Notes: generated by a model not told the origin, from the letters alone. Counted from the stretch's first letter, positions 37,227 to 46,325 are shown. The stretch: 64,000 nt of DNA from SAR202 cluster bacterium bin22 (GCA_002238505.1 MPMM01000001.1:973811-1037810), one strand, 5' to 3'. Numbers and translations are program-made.

Positions 37227-38507
37227 CTACGCCGGCGACACCGCAGGGGTGCGGACAAAATATATGCCGCGCAGGGACCCGTTGGCCAGGCTCAAAAGCA
37301 TCGCCACTATAAAAGCGGCCCCTCCCACTGACAGTATCAGCGGAGCATTGAGGAATGAGACATCCACCAAGCCAGCGTTGGCCGCGTTAGCAAGGGCCAT
37401 GCTGCCTCCAACGTGGAAGGAATAAACGCCGGACACCCGTCCACGCACCGAATCGTCAACGATAGATTGAATCACCGTGTGCGTGATGGTCATGAATCCA
37501 CCCTGGTTCATGCCCATTATGACAGTTGCGCCCAGCGACACCCAGACATCGGAAGACAATGCCAGGATAATTGGCCCCAGGCCGCTGCTAAGCCCAAAGA
37601 TCAGAAACAACCAGCCCCTGGTCTTTTCGCTGCGTATGCCTGCCAGCCAGATTGCCGTAAACATGGCCCCCAGACCCACGCCCATAATCAGCAACTGGGT
37701 TCCGCCGTCCGAGCTGATACCCAGCTTGTCCTCCGATATGGCCGGCAGCACAGACTCAAAGGACATAGTGAGTGAGCAGTGGCCCAGGACAATCATAATC
37801 ATCGCCAGCAACTGAGGACGCCGGTAAACGTAGGCGAATCCTGCAACCAGGTTTCCAAAGAAACCGCGGCGGGCGTCAATTCTGCCGGTAGAACGGGTGG
37901 CAATGCGCGCGACCTGAACCAGGCCGAGGGCGTACAAAACGGCGCAGGCCCAAAACACGGGTTCGTTTCCGAAATACAGCGCTACCAGGAAGCCCACCAT
38001 ACCGCCGACAAAGCGCGAGCCCTGCTGGGTCGCCTCATTCAGGGCTATGGCATTGGGCAATAATTCCCTTGGCACCAGGTTGGGCACCAGTGACTGGGTA
38101 GTAGTCATCTGGGCCGAACGCAACGTGCCATTCAGCAATGACAACCCTACCAGCCACCAGATGTTGGCCAGCCCGACCATCACCAGCAAGGCCAGGAGGA
38201 TGTTGTGGGCCAGGTTAAGGGTGTAGGTCCACTGCAGGACGGTTTGGCGATTAAAACGGTCGGCCAGGAAACCCGTTATTACCGTGGAGAATACCCGTGG
38301 AATCATCGCGGCGAAGGTTACAACGCCCACCCACAGGTAGAGTTCGGTATATTCGTTTGCCAGAACGGCCCGAGCGCCGATTAACGCCCAGGCTGCCGCG
38401 CCGGCACACAGATTGGCTGTCCAAAGAATGAAGTAATCCTTGTGCTCGAGCGCAAGGAGAAAGCGGCTGAAGGGTGTGGCGAGAGAGCCTCTGAGTCCAC
38501 CTGCCAA
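37227..38507 (-). CDS. MFS transporter
   Basis: 426 aa. About 12 TM helices and a GFLADRFNRQ loop motif. Confidence 0.85.
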   Translation of the reverse strand: MAGGLRGSLATPFSRFLLALEHKDYFILWTANLCAGAAAWALIGARAVLANEYTELYLWVGVVTFAAMIPRVFSTVITGFLADRFNRQTVLQWTYTLNLAHNILLALLVMVGLANIWWLVGLSLLNGTLRSAQMTTTQSLVPNLVPRELLPNAIALNEATQQGSRFVGGMVGFLVALYFGNEPVFWACAVLYALGLVQVARIATRSTGRIDARRGFFGNLVAGFAYVYRRPQLLAMIMIVLGHCSLTMSFESVLPAISEDKLGISSDGGTQLLIMGVGLGAMFTAIWLAGIRSEKTRGWLFLIFGLSSGLGPIILALSSDVWVSLGATVIMGMNQGGFMTITHTVIQSIVDDSVRGRVSGVYSFHVGGSMALANAANAGLVDVSFLNAPLILSVGGAAFIVAMLLSLANGSLRGIYFVRTPAVSPA

Positions 38508-38853
38508 AACTGCTCTCCGGTTGACAAACTCCGGCGCTTGAAACCGCTTTTCGAGTCAGTTGGCGTAACTCCCCTGTATCGATCGAACATACTAGAGCAG
38601 GTCAACAGGAAAGCGTTAGCGTCACATACCCCGAAACTCGACGGGCCGGGTTCCGCCGGGTTGGGCGGATTATATACCCTGAATTCACCAAACAAAAGGC
38701 TGGCCAGATACAGTGGCAATGATTAGAGGCAGTCAGTTTCGGTGTGGGCCCCGAAGGAGCAGCCCTCGCGGAAGACTGCTGGGCCGCCGCGACAGGAGCA
38801 AGGGCTGCGAATGTCCCTCGCCGATTGATGACAGGCGCGGACCGATTACAGGA

Positions 38854-39147
38854 CTAACTGACGGCAGCCCAACGGGGCAGGGAAGAAATGCGTACACTCG
38901 CTACCAGGTAGAAGGAGTCGTCCTTGCGCTGAATCTCCAGTTCATGGAACTGGTCGTCCACCTCCAGGTGTCGGGAGATGACATTCAGCAGGTCTCGGCG
39001 CAGCGATTCAACGACGTCGGGCGCCAGCAGGTCGTACCTGTCCCGGTTCAAGGCGTTATACAGCCTCTCCCTGGCAATGCTTCGTGAGCCGTCCGGGCCG
39101 GACCCGATACCCTCGCGGCCTCTGGGTCGCCGCAGCTTGCTAAGCAT
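38854..39147 (-). CDS. minE: Cell division topological specificity factor MinE
   Basis: 97 aa. SRSIARERLYNALNRDR...LRRDLLNVISRHLEVD pattern. Overlaps the minD stop by 8 nt. Confidence 0.9.
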   Translation of the reverse strand: MLSKLRRPRGREGIGSGPDGSRSIARERLYNALNRDRYDLLAPDVVESLRRDLLNVISRHLEVDDQFHELEIQRKDDSFYLVASVRISSLPRWAAVS

Positions 39148-39958
39148 GGGTGTACTCGCTTCGGTTGATTCCCATCAAATACCTGACCCGGTCCATCAAC
39201 CCGCCTTTAGGTTCCAGGTCCATAAGCGGCACGTCGTCGCCGTCGATGCGGGCCGTAATGCGCGAGAAGGCCAGCCCTGAGGGGGCCTTCTTGTCGTGGA
39301 TAACAGGTACGCCCTGGTTGGTGGCCGTGATCAGCCGGTCGTCTGCTGGCACCATCCCCAGGATTTCCACGGCCAGCAGGTCAACGATGTCATCCTTGTC
39401 CAGCATATCTCCCCGCTTGACCATCCCCGGCCTGATGCGGTTGATGATCAGCTTCGGACGATGCAACTCCGATGCCTCCAGCAGCCCAATAACCCGGTCC
39501 GCGTCCCGCAGGGCTGAAACCTCGGGCGTGGTGACTATGATCGCCTCTTGCGCCGGGCCTATTGCGTTGCGGAAACCCTGCTCGATTCCCGCCGGACAGT
39601 CAATGATTATGTAATCAAACTCCAACTCCAGATTACGGCAGAGGTCTGTCAACTGCTCGGAATTAATGCAGTTTTTGTCACGGGTCTGGGCCGCAGGAAT
39701 CAGGTAGAGTTCAGGCAGGTGCTTGTCGCGAATCATAGCCTGGCTTAACTTGCATCGCCCCTCAATAACATCCACAAGGTCGTAGACAATTCGATTCTCC
39801 AGGCCCATCACCACGTCCAGGTTTCGAAGGCCGATGTCGGTATCGAGGACCACTACCCGGTGGCCTCGAAGCGCCAAACCCGTGCCGATATTGGCAGTTG
39901 TAGTGGTCTTGCCGACGCCACCTTTGCCCGAAGTGATGACGATGGTCTTACCCTTCAT
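39140..39958 (-). CDS. minD: Septum site-determining ATPase MinD
   Basis: ATG at 39958 has GGGGGAGGA SD. MKGKTIVITSGKGGVGKTT deviant Walker A and a C-terminal amphipathic tail. The track start at 40060 adds an implausible leader. Confidence 0.95.
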   Translation of the reverse strand: MKGKTIVITSGKGGVGKTTTTANIGTGLALRGHRVVVLDTDIGLRNLDVVMGLENRIVYDLVDVIEGRCKLSQAMIRDKHLPELYLIPAAQTRDKNCINSEQLTDLCRNLELEFDYIIIDCPAGIEQGFRNAIGPAQEAIIVTTPEVSALRDADRVIGLLEASELHRPKLIINRIRPGMVKRGDMLDKDDIVDLLAVEILGMVPADDRLITATNQGVPVIHDKKAPSGLAFSRITARIDGDDVPLMDLEPKGGLMDRVRYLMGINRSEYTHA

Positions 39959-41111
39959 AAGGAGTTCCTCCCCCATATTCTTCGCGCCGTTGCGTAAAGG
40001 GAGCAACGTAGATGGTACGCCTCCGCAGGAAGGCAATCTGAGGATTGACGGAACGGCCATTCCTCTTTGGTTTTCCGGCAGTACGAGGCGCTTCCCCCAC
40101 GTGGGAGCCGATTTGCAGGCGGTGCGATTCCAGTTTCAATGCAAAAATTGTGGCTTTAGGGTTTCCCTCGGCGCCGGCGTGGGCCATTCCACGAAGGGCC
40201 CCCAGCACCATGATGTCGCCACCGGCGACTATTTCTGCTCCGGGATTAACATCACCGTAAACCACCACATCTCCATGGTGCTTGACGACCTCGCCGGAGC
40301 GGCAAGTGTGCTTTATCAACAACGTATGGTCGTCTGGCGTGGACCAGGCGTCAGTCAGACTCCATATTTCATTTTCAGGGACAGAGGAAGTTTGAGGAGG
40401 CTCGACCACTTGCCAAGCGTCCTGTTCTTTCGTTTCCTCTTCGGTAGTCGCTGAGCCCGGACCGGACGTCACAGTTCCCGGGGAAACGTTCTCTTCCCCT
40501 GATACTGCCGGCGCTTCCTCGACGTGTCCCTTGCCATTTTCGACATCAGTCGAAGGTTCGGACACTGTTTCAGTCATTACTATCGGGATCTGGACGGTAA
40601 GGGCAGCGTCCCGTGCCTCGTCCAGTTCCGGAAAGAGCATGGAAAGTTGCTGACCATGGCCTTTCTCCGTTCCTTGACCTCTGACGGAACCGACGCCATC
40701 TTCCAGCTCAACCGCTTCTTCCTGCTGCTCAACCTTCGGCGACACAAAGCCGGCCGAATTACCTGATTCAGCCGACACGTCGGCGGCAAATTCCAGGTTT
40801 GGGGAAGGCAGGGCCCGCCGGCACTCCGGGCCATCCAGGGCCTTCCGCAGCACGTCGGGCGAGCACCAGTACCGAGAAACGGTCAACCCGGTTTCCTGAT
40901 TCAGGATGCCCCTGATGGTGGACATCTGGTCAGGGGCGAGAATCCGGCGTCCCACATTTATGGAGACCGTACCCCTGGAATAGAGGCCCCGACAGGCCAT
41001 AAGGTATTCGCGGAGGCTGCGCTCCGCCAACTCGAAGGGCACCGCATCGTCAATCGTGAAATCGACGTTAGTACCCCGGCCAAGGACCTGGATAGTTTCT
41101 GTTTTTGCCAT
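39948..41111 (-). CDS. minC: Septum site-determining protein MinC (with unusually long linker)
   Basis: 387 aa. MinC N-domain, a ~150-aa low-complexity E/S/T/V/G-rich linker, then a C-terminal beta-helix GDVVVYGDVNPGAEIVAGGDIMVLGALRGMAHAG. Overlaps the minD start by 11 nt. Confidence 0.85.
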   Translation of the reverse strand: MAKTETIQVLGRGTNVDFTIDDAVPFELAERSLREYLMACRGLYSRGTVSINVGRRILAPDQMSTIRGILNQETGLTVSRYWCSPDVLRKALDGPECRRALPSPNLEFAADVSAESGNSAGFVSPKVEQQEEAVELEDGVGSVRGQGTEKGHGQQLSMLFPELDEARDAALTVQIPIVMTETVSEPSTDVENGKGHVEEAPAVSGEENVSPGTVTSGPGSATTEEETKEQDAWQVVEPPQTSSVPENEIWSLTDAWSTPDDHTLLIKHTCRSGEVVKHHGDVVVYGDVNPGAEIVAGGDIMVLGALRGMAHAGAEGNPKATIFALKLESHRLQIGSHVGEAPRTAGKPKRNGRSVNPQIAFLRRRTIYVAPFTQRREEYGGGTPYEG

Positions 41112-41126
41112 GGGGTTTCTTCTTAT

Positions 41127-41303
41127 CTAGACTTGCATCCAGTCGATGAAGACTGAATTGCCAAAGTTGTCCAGGGTAAAGCCATAGGTGAGGCCACCGG
41201 CCTCCCAAAGTGACTGGACTATTTCTTGCGTATAGGTCTCCAGGAAATGAGAAATAATGAAAAAGAAACCCAGAAAGTAAGTGGGGTTATACCCGTAGAT
41301 CAA
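41127..41303 (-). CDS. Possible small membrane protein upstream of minC
   Basis: Below the track size cut-off. A TTG start gives 58 aa: MIYGYNPTYFLGFFFIISHFLETYTQEIVQSLWEAGGLTYGFTLDNFGNSVFIDWMQV. It has one hydrophobic segment and coding-like codon pattern, and ends 16 nt before the minC ATG. Confidence 0.3.
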   Translation of the reverse strand: MIYGYNPTYFLGFFFIISHFLETYTQEIVQSLWEAGGLTYGFTLDNFGNSVFIDWMQV

Positions 41304-41344
41304 GCGGCCACCGCCTCACACACATCATCACAATTTGTACATTT

Positions 41345-41374
41345 TTTATAACAATTGTTTGGATTTTCGGTCAA
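41345..41374 (-). promoter_or_regulatory. Candidate promoter of the min operon
   Basis: Minus strand TTGACC-18 nt-TATAAA in an AT-rich stretch. It overlaps the perfect palindrome AACAATTGTT. Confidence 0.45.
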
Positions 41375-41432
41375 GGGCCATTTCAGGCGTCTTTTGCGAG
41401 TTTTCCGCAAATGCCTCCGAAATCGGAAAACT

Positions 41433-41580
41433 CCCAGGGTCTTTCGATTATCTTGGTAGAGTATCTTCCACCGTTCGCCCTGAGCCCGTCGAAGGGCCGC
41501 CCGGAATGATTCTCCAGGCTCACCGCGGACGGACTCGAGGAGTTGCCACCGACAATCGAAAGACCCTGGGAAACCACCCA
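41433..41580 (+). repeat. Structured palindromic repeat, copy 1
   Basis: The 134-nt core (41436-41569+) aligns without gaps to 49411-49544 with 12 mismatches by hand count. The termini cagggtctttcgatt and aatcgaaagaccctg form a 15-bp stem. Confidence 0.8.
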
Positions 41581-41727
41581 TCCGGTATTGACCCCGTCCT
41601 GTTAGCATCCTGCGGCAATCCAGTGGTCAGGATATACCCCAGGTCAGCACTTACCCGCCTGGAACGGATCAGCTTGGTACGCTGCCTATACACCAGCGTT
41701 AACACCACCAGCGCTCCGAACCGATGG

Positions 41728-42900
41728 CTATTCGGCCGCGCCAAAAATTGCCACCGAGCAGGTGAATGACCCCGGCCTGCCCCCAAGGTTATGCGTCAAC
41801 CCAAGGTCGGCTTTGCGGAGCTGTCGAGCGTCCGCCTTGCCCTGCAACTGTTTGTAAACCTCGTAAATCATACGAATTCCGCTGGCGCCAATGGGGTGGC
41901 CAAAACACTTCAAACCGCCATCCGTGTTCACCGGCAACTCGCCCTCCAGGGTGAAGGAGCCACTGGCTACGTCCTCACTGGCACGACCGCGTTGGCTCAA
42001 TCCCAGGTCTTCGTAAATTATCAGCTCGGTGATGGTGAAACAGTCGTGAACCATGGCCATATCCAGCTCTTCGCGGGGGCTGGAAATGCCTGCCTCCTGA
42101 AAAGCTGACTGGCTGGCCCGCACCGTCTCCGGAAAATGTGTGAAATCCCAGTCACTGCGGATAGCGCCAAAGGCCCCAACGGACAGGGCCAGCGCCTTGA
42201 CCAGAACGTAGTCCTGGCGAAAACTGCGGGCGATTTCCGGAGTTGTGATAATGGCAGCCGCGGCGCCGTCACTCACGCCGCAACAATCAAACAGCCCCAG
42301 GGGCCAGGCAATCATGGGCGCGTTCACCACCTGGTCAACGCCTATTTCCTGCTGAAAATGGGCGCGCGAGTTAAGGGTGCCGTTGTGGTGGTTCTTGGCG
42401 GCAATCTGGGCCAGGGTGCGTTTCCCATCCTCGTAGGGAATGCCATATTGGTGGAAATAACGGGTAGCGGCCATGGCAAACTGGGAGGGAGGCGGTGTCG
42501 GAGGCGTTACATCGGAGCCGGGGGCCTCTGGAACAGCGAGTCCCGAAAAGCCGGAGTCCTTAAGTTTCTCCACACCCACCGCCAGGACGATGTCATAGAT
42601 ACCGGCAGCCACTGCGTATGAGGCATTGCGGAAGGCATCGGTAGCCGTGGCGCAGGCGTTCTCTACCCTGGTAATGGGTATGTAATCCAGCTTTAAAGCT
42701 TCCGCCAGGGGTTGCCCGGTACGGAAACTGCTGACCGTACCCAGCCAGGCCGCCTGAACGTCGCTGGACTCAATGCCGGCGTCGGCATAGGCCTCGTAGG
42801 CAGCTTCAACCATCAGGTCGGCGGCGCTGGCGTCCCAGCGTTCTCCAAACTTGGTGCAGCCCATTCCAATAATGGCCACCCGGTCTCTTATGCCGTTCAT
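41728..42900 (-). CDS. Thiolase-fold protein (SCP-x type acetyl-CoA acyltransferase)
   Basis: ATG at 42900 has GGAGG SD directly after the upstream stop. Motifs RVENACATATDAF (Cys present) and GHPIGASGIRM. Confidence 0.85.
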   Translation of the reverse strand: MNGIRDRVAIIGMGCTKFGERWDASAADLMVEAAYEAYADAGIESSDVQAAWLGTVSSFRTGQPLAEALKLDYIPITRVENACATATDAFRNASYAVAAGIYDIVLAVGVEKLKDSGFSGLAVPEAPGSDVTPPTPPPSQFAMAATRYFHQYGIPYEDGKRTLAQIAAKNHHNGTLNSRAHFQQEIGVDQVVNAPMIAWPLGLFDCCGVSDGAAAAIITTPEIARSFRQDYVLVKALALSVGAFGAIRSDWDFTHFPETVRASQSAFQEAGISSPREELDMAMVHDCFTITELIIYEDLGLSQRGRASEDVASGSFTLEGELPVNTDGGLKCFGHPIGASGIRMIYEVYKQLQGKADARQLRKADLGLTHNLGGRPGSFTCSVAIFGAAE

Positions 42901-42902
42901 TT

Positions 42903-44348
42903 CTAACCTCCGACCTGTTCCGATTCCAATGCCGCGAATCGCCGGGGAATAGCCTTCCAATAGTAGTTGTGAATGCCGTTTACCACCCTCAGCTTGCGAA
43001 AGCTCATGCTCACCGGCATTCCCACCTTCACTTCTTCCAGTTCCCGGTCGGTCATCATGCAGATAACCCGGCCGCCGCCCTCAAAATCCACCACGCTTAC
43101 CACCAGGGGAGTATCAACGGCCCCTGCTATGTAGTCCATGGAGTAGGTGAAGACCTCGCCCGCTTTATCGCTCAGCCGTACGGAAGAACTTTCGTCCATT
43201 GCCTGGCAGTTGACACAAACACGCTGGGGCGGGTATTGAACGTACCCACATGCGTCACACCTTCCTGCATAGAAACGAAGGTTCTTGTTGGCTTCCCTCC
43301 AGAGGGCCGACACGGAAGGCGAGGAAGGGGCAGGCCGCCGTGCCGCGTCATCGGTGAGCCAGACCTCCCGCCACTTGGCGTAGGTTTCATAGCTGGTTAT
43401 TGCCGCCCGGGATTCAAGGTGACCGCCCATACCGCCGGCGCCGGTATCGGCCCCATTCAATGAGGAGTTTGTGCGGAAGGCAAGGACATCGCTGCCATCG
43501 CCGTAGGAAACAGTGAGAAGCAACTGGTTTGGCTCAGCCGATTCCAGCGCCGCAACAAGCAACATCAGCGGAAATGCCGCCCCGGTATTGCCCAAAGACC
43601 CAAACAGAGGATCCTGTATCTGATCGGCATTGATGCCCAAACGCCTGGCAAGGCGGGTGTGACGTCGCGCGTCGGGACCATAGAGCGCGACTTTATCGAT
43701 GTCCTGAATATTCAGGGTATATTTGTCCAGAAATCCGGCTACAGCTTCAGGGATTATTCTCTCCAGGCCCTCTTCCGTTGCAAAACGGTCCTCCCACGAC
43801 CTGATAAAGGGATCGCCCGAGGAACGCCAGTTGTCCAGCATGTTATCGGTGATGGTGTGGAATCCCGCGAATTCGGCAAAGACGTCATCAGTTCCGACCA
43901 GGAACGCTGCCGCGCCATCTCCTGAATTGCGCTCGGTCTCGCTGCGAGGAGCGCCCTGGCGACTGTCCGCCGCTACGACCAGGACCTGTCGCGCGGTCCC
44001 CGCCGCTACCGAGTCCAGAGCCGACCTCAAGCCGCTGGTGCCAGCGCGGAGGACATCAGTTATGTCCGCGGTAAAAATGTCCTGACGCAAATCCAGGGCG
44101 GCCGCAATTATGGCCGCACCCTGCTTCTCGGCGTAGGGCACGGTGGTGCTGGCAAATATCAGGCCGTCGATGGCTTGACGGTTCCTGTCCTTGATACAGT
44201 CCAGACCGGCGGCAACCGCCATGGTCACGCTGTCCTCGTCAAAGTTGGCGACCGCCCTCTCTGCTGACCCCGTCCAACCCTCCGTTTCAGGGCCCATCCG
44301 GAACCTGGGCACATAGGCGCCGCAGGCGATTATACCCGTCAAATCCAT
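42903..44348 (-). CDS. HMG-CoA-synthase-like domain fused to C-terminal DUF35 (Zn-ribbon/OB-fold)
   Basis: 481 aa. The N-terminal ~340 aa resemble archaeal-type HMGCS/KAS-III (GIIACGAYVPRFR, PYAEK, LRAGTSGL). The C-terminus has a CDACG...CVNC zinc ribbon and an OB fold. Confidence 0.8.
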   Translation of the reverse strand: MDLTGIIACGAYVPRFRMGPETEGWTGSAERAVANFDEDSVTMAVAAGLDCIKDRNRQAIDGLIFASTTVPYAEKQGAAIIAAALDLRQDIFTADITDVLRAGTSGLRSALDSVAAGTARQVLVVAADSRQGAPRSETERNSGDGAAAFLVGTDDVFAEFAGFHTITDNMLDNWRSSGDPFIRSWEDRFATEEGLERIIPEAVAGFLDKYTLNIQDIDKVALYGPDARRHTRLARRLGINADQIQDPLFGSLGNTGAAFPLMLLVAALESAEPNQLLLTVSYGDGSDVLAFRTNSSLNGADTGAGGMGGHLESRAAITSYETYAKWREVWLTDDAARRPAPSSPSVSALWREANKNLRFYAGRCDACGYVQYPPQRVCVNCQAMDESSSVRLSDKAGEVFTYSMDYIAGAVDTPLVVSVVDFEGGGRVICMMTDRELEEVKVGMPVSMSFRKLRVVNGIHNYYWKAIPRRFAALESEQVGG

Positions 44349-44543
44349 ACCTTCCTGGCTTGTGGTTGAAGCAATGCTATCAGCGCATTTTCAGCTATGT
44401 CAATTTGGCTGTGCGGGCCACTCACGCGCCAGACTGGACTCGTCCTTAAATTCTCCTACCTGACCCTATGTTAAAATTAAATACTTACCCAGTCAGTTTT
44501 ATTGGGTCAGCGCAAACCCATCCTTTAAAGGAAAACTCCCCGC

Positions 44544-45752
44544 GTGAACAAGCTCAGGCTTTTTGGAACCTATCTGGTAGTAATGGCGGTGGGCGCTGTC
44601 CTGGCGCTGGCCGTGAACTACGTCATCCAGGGAACCTTTAACACCCCCGAACCGGAAATCGAATCCTCTGCTGAATTGCCTACTGAATTTGGTCGGCTGG
44701 GCGAGGTACTGGACCTCCTGGAGAAGGAACATATCGACCGCAGCACACTCAACGATACTGACATGGGCAGTGGCGCCATCCGGGGTATGCTGGCGTCACT
44801 GAACGATCCCTATGCCTCTTACCTGGACCCGCAGCGGTTTGGGGAGGAGGAATCCAAGATCCAGGGAGTATTCGAGGGCATAGGAGCGCAGGTAAGCATC
44901 CGTGACAATCACCTCACTGTCATTGCCCCGCTGCCGGATACGCCGGCGGAGAGGGCAGGCATACGGGCCGGTGATGTTATCCTCGAAGTGAATGGAGAAA
45001 GCACCGAGCATCTTTCTCTCCAGGAGGCTGTATCCCTGATACGCGGAGAGCGGGGTACCACGGTAAACCTGCTTGTGCGTCACGCCAACCAGGTTGACCC
45101 GGTGCTTATTCCGATCGTGCGGGGCGAGATTCCCCTGGAAACAGTCCGGTTCTCCATGCTGGACGGCGATATCGGCTACCTGCAAATCAGCAGTTTTGCC
45201 TCCACCACTAATGACCATGTAAAGGAGGCTGTTGAAGAGTATCGTAATGCCGGAGGCCGGGGCATGGTCGTCGACCTTCGCTACAATCCTGGCGGGTTGC
45301 TGGGAGTCGTAGTGGACGTAACCAGCCAGTTCCTTGAGGACGGGTTGGTTACCTACGAACTGGATGGCCTGGGCAACCGCAGGGAATGGGAAGTTAGATC
45401 GGGCGGAACCGCCAGGGACATTCCCATGGTAGTGCTGGTCAACCAGTACAGCGCCAGCGCCAGCGAAGTGTTTGCCGGCGCCATTATTGACCACAATCGC
45501 GCCCCAGTGGTTGGGGAATCGACTTTCGGCAAAGGAAGCGTCAATACCAGGCACCGCCTTTCTGACGGTTCCGGGGTGTATTACACTATCGCCCGGTGGT
45601 ACACGCCCAACGGGACGTTGATTGAAGGCTCGGGTATTACTCCAACTATTGAGGCGGTTAACGACCCAGAATCCGAGACAGACCTCCAGTTGCAACAGGC
45701 ATTAGAACTGCTTGGGGGACAACTTGGCCCGGCCTCACAACCTCAATTCTAG
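44544..45752 (+). CDS. ctpA: S41 carboxy-terminal processing protease with PDZ domain
   Basis: 402 aa, GTG start. N-terminal TM helix, PDZ (PAERAGIRAGDVILEVNG), catalytic Ser block NQYSASASEVFAGA, and the Lys region. Confidence 0.9.
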   Translation: MNKLRLFGTYLVVMAVGAVLALAVNYVIQGTFNTPEPEIESSAELPTEFGRLGEVLDLLEKEHIDRSTLNDTDMGSGAIRGMLASLNDPYASYLDPQRFGEEESKIQGVFEGIGAQVSIRDNHLTVIAPLPDTPAERAGIRAGDVILEVNGESTEHLSLQEAVSLIRGERGTTVNLLVRHANQVDPVLIPIVRGEIPLETVRFSMLDGDIGYLQISSFASTTNDHVKEAVEEYRNAGGRGMVVDLRYNPGGLLGVVVDVTSQFLEDGLVTYELDGLGNRREWEVRSGGTARDIPMVVLVNQYSASASEVFAGAIIDHNRAPVVGESTFGKGSVNTRHRLSDGSGVYYTIARWYTPNGTLIEGSGITPTIEAVNDPESETDLQLQQALELLGGQLGPASQPQF

Positions 45753-45779
45753 CAACATCGTCATACACAGGGTAAATGA

Positions 45780-46271
45780 ATGCCCAGCAGAAAGAAGAAA
45801 ACAACAGCCAGCGAACAGCCTAACAACCGGCCGGTTACCTCGAATCGCCAGGCCTTTTTCAATTACGAGATCCTGGACCGATACGAAGCGGGACTGGCCC
45901 TGACCGGCACCGAGATCAAGTCAATCCGGGCAGGAAAGGTGGACCTGCGAGACGCCTACGCCAGACCCCTGGAAGGTGAGTTGTGGCTGCAAAATTGCCA
46001 CATCGCCCAGTACGATCCGGCCAGCATCTATAACCACGACCCCAGGCGGCCCCGCAAATTACTGCTGCATAGGGAACAAATCGAAGAGTTGATCGGCGAG
46101 GTCTCCCAAAAAGGCTTGACCGTTGTCGCCCTGCGCCTCTACATCAGGAATCACGTAGCCAAGGTGGAATTGGGCCTGGCTCGAGGTAAACGACAGTACG
46201 ACAAACGAAGGGCCATCAGGGACCGGGAAATGGATATGGCCGCTCGCCAGGCAATACGTGCCTTGAGATAG
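45780..46271 (+). CDS. smpB: SsrA-binding protein
   Basis: 163 aa. NRQAFFNYEILDRYEAGLALTGTEIKSIR and LLLHREQI motifs. Confidence 0.95.
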   Translation: MPSRKKKTTASEQPNNRPVTSNRQAFFNYEILDRYEAGLALTGTEIKSIRAGKVDLRDAYARPLEGELWLQNCHIAQYDPASIYNHDPRRPRKLLLHREQIEELIGEVSQKGLTVVALRLYIRNHVAKVELGLARGKRQYDKRRAIRDREMDMAARQAIRALR

Positions 46272-46325
46272 GAGAGAACAGGACTGGAACTTCCCGAAAA
46301 GGGATGGTCTTAAGGTAAGGAAACA

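Noticed and set aside
38759-38808. Nested hairpin (gcagccct-cgcgg ... ccgcg ... agggctgc) just downstream of minE as an intrinsic terminator
   Set aside because: No U-tract follows it on the minus strand and it has a large internal loop. It cannot be supported as a rho-independent terminator from sequence alone.
41335-41769. Track ORFs crossing the structured repeats (41300-41608, 41335-41769, 41383-41577, 49234-49545, 49384-49659)
   Set aside because: Their only similarity to each other is the repeat itself, read in arbitrary frames (VRPEPVEG / FALSPSKG peptides). One even runs through the tRNA-Leu gene. They are treated as artefacts of the repeat.
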